Positions 61,801 through 64,000 of a stretch of DNA of 64,000 nucleotides are shown here, piece after piece. The stretch is from assembly GCA_036172245.1 (NCBI GenBank), contig JAYWIR010000005.1, positions 3,596,001 through 3,660,000 on the forward strand, given 5' to 3'. The DNA comes from Raillietiella orientalis (taxonomy: Eukaryota). A program made the position numbers and the translations under genes. The number at the start of each line of letters is the position of its first letter. Position 1 is the first letter of the stretch. The notes under the pieces were generated by a model. It searched no databases. It saw only the letters and a list, made by a program, of their open reading frames with translations, and was not told where the DNA came from.

Positions 61801-64000
61801 GCAACGCTGACACTTTGATTTAGCCTCATTATTTTGGAGCGGAAGAAAGCGTTGTGAAATGTCAGGCATTATCGGTAGCTTCCTCGAGCAGCATTTGAAG
61901 TGGCTTTGTTTCTTGATGCTAAAACCAGTCTGAGACTATAGCTTACGAAAGGATTTATGTCTGTGTACAGGTTGAATAGAGAAGATGAACATAGGATAGA
62001 GAAGTTACAAAAGAGTAATCTGGATTGCTTAAACGTTCAGTGGTGTAGGACAGCTTCGAATTCATGTACCTGGGTTTCTTTTGGGGAATCACGGATATAG
62101 GGATGGAAGCAGACGCTGCACTCATTACATAAACAGGTTGTTAGGTAAAGGGTTTATTCAAAAATTTCATTTCAAGGGAATTGTGATTTTTTTTTCTTTT
62201 TTTTCAAGGTCTAGGAGTAAATCGAGTTGTCAACTGCATATGAGTAATTTTGAGATTTTTGTCGCCGATCCCGAAACCACTTCGTATGATGGGTTCATTA
62301 CGAAATTCTGGACGATTATCGGTTTCAATTCGACTGTTTTTAAGGCCCATCTTCACGTGAGGGAATCGAACTGCAGGCGTGAGCCGACGGACCGTCATCA
62401 CGGGCAAGTCAGTGTGTTCAACCGACATCCGGTGTCGACGCCGGACACGGAAGTGGGGATGAAAGGTGGACCTCCAGGAAAGATGTATCCCGCCGTTTGT
62501 GAAAAATTGTGCAGATTCACGGGTGACCATTTGAAAAAAAAAAAAAGAAAAAGAAAACGGCTACTTATGCATAGCCGAACAGCTTTAAAACTGCGAACCA
62601 AGAAATCGCCAGAAATTTTGCAAGACAAAAAAAAAAAAATCTGCTCTGAAGTGGATGCATGGGATTTTCCTTGGGTCTTATAAATGGAACGACGTGCTAT
62701 TCGATTAAAGTAACGAGGCACGAATTAGCGGTCATCGAATTATGCATTTATTCAGGGAGATTTTTTGGAAGCAGACGAAATGGCCAAGGTGTAAAAAAGC
62801 AGCGAGCATCATGGAAATGCCTGCTGAGGACCGGAGAATCGCGTGAAAAGTAGGAGGAAGCAAGATTGGGGAGGCTGCTGATAATGCAGGTCCAGAGTGG
62901 GAAGAAGGTGCCTGGTGGAAATCATTTACATTAATTGTGTCAGGTGAGGGTGCCACTTTTGATGTAGTGTGTAGAGTCGATGGTTTTGTGTAAGTCACAA
63001 CTTGCTTGTATCGAGTTCCTGCCCTACCGTTTCACAGCTTGTGTGAATGTGAAGCCAAAAAAGAATTTTGCATTCCGTGCAAAGATTCATTAAGGAACTT
63101 GATTTAACATATAAAGCTTTAGTGAGTGTTCTTCATGGGAACGTGTTGGCTGCCTTTTTATCCTATAATTTGAAACCATGACTGTCAGTCGAAGTTCCTG
63201 TTTATTTTTTTTTTTCAAATTTCTAATTGTTTTTTCTGGGAACTAGTGGAGGATTCGACCGTCGGGTGATTATTCGAGATTAAACTATTAAGTTTTGTCT
63301 TGCATTACAATTATTGCAAATGGAAATTGTCAATTAATTATTTAATGTTATTATCTTGAAGGTACCCAACAGATGAAATTGCATTTGCTTTTCATGCAGT
63401 GACTTGTTTGTTAGTTCTGTTAATAATTTTAGAATATACGTTTAATTCGATGATATTTAGGTAAATGAGATTAACGAAGTTTAATAATTTGCACATTTAC
63501 AGTTACTGTGCATACAAGTAAAAATGGCGTTTTTCAAATTTCAAAAATAAGTATTGTTTGATATGAAACATACGTGGGTACCATATTGTTAGAAATTCTT
63601 TCATTTATTCATGCAGCTGAATTGTATATATTGTACGAGATGTGGAATAAATAATTTAATCGTTCATTAAAAGTTTAGAAAATTACTTTGGAAATGTTGA
63701 AAATCTTTTAAACATATAATTACATAATAAGCCGTAACTGAAAGGTTTTTATTCCACATTTTAGATAATGAAACAAGCAAGTAAATTTTTGAAATGCAAC
63801 TGCATCGTGTTTATGAGGAGCATTACTTTTATCATAATCAATAGTTAAGAAAGATGTTACAAGAAGAAAGTAATTTGGAGCATAAAGAAGTCTTGCATGC
63901 ATGCATATGCGACCATTCTGTTTCACCAGTTAATAGCCAAGAATTATCAACAAACAATTTGCAACCTTCAAAACAGTCAAATTCTTTGTTTTGCTCCAAG

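Noticed and set aside
62081..62998. 200-aa and neighbouring ORFs near the right end
   Set aside because: They run through homopolymer tracts, have no recognisable motifs, and I could not build a consistent exon chain.

Overview
This is eukaryotic, most likely invertebrate, genomic DNA (short GT-AG introns; a U2 fragment with the AAGATCAAAGTGT form seen in arthropods and nematodes). It has two compartments. From 1 to about 46.6 kb it is GC-richer and repeat-dense: nested, mostly decayed APE-type (L1/Tx1-like) non-LTR retrotransposons plus direct and inverted segmental duplications. Inside this compartment, and not recovered by the ORF track because they are spliced, are six intact-looking copies (five distinct C-terminal peptides) of a small gene with three coding exons. 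I infer that it encodes a secreted prepro-peptide. Exon 1 and the start of exon 2 give a near-invariant signal peptide (MLQRNVCALLLGMFVLNCILTTKHVSC|Q). Exon 2 gives an acidic pro-segment, with RxxR across the exon 2/3 junction in five of six copies. Exon 3 gives a hypervariable peptide on a fixed C-x5-C-x4-C-x4-C scaffold. This toxin/effector-like family is the main finding. The retroelements end in a conserved AATAAA plus GC stem-loop rather than poly(A), which is fixed by one filled/empty site pair with a 15-16 bp TSD. From about 46.7 to 64 kb the sequence is AT-richer and carries SEC11 (minus strand), CDC16/APC6 (plus strand) and a piggyBac remnant. All calls were made by eye with no database searches; species and family novelty are unverified.
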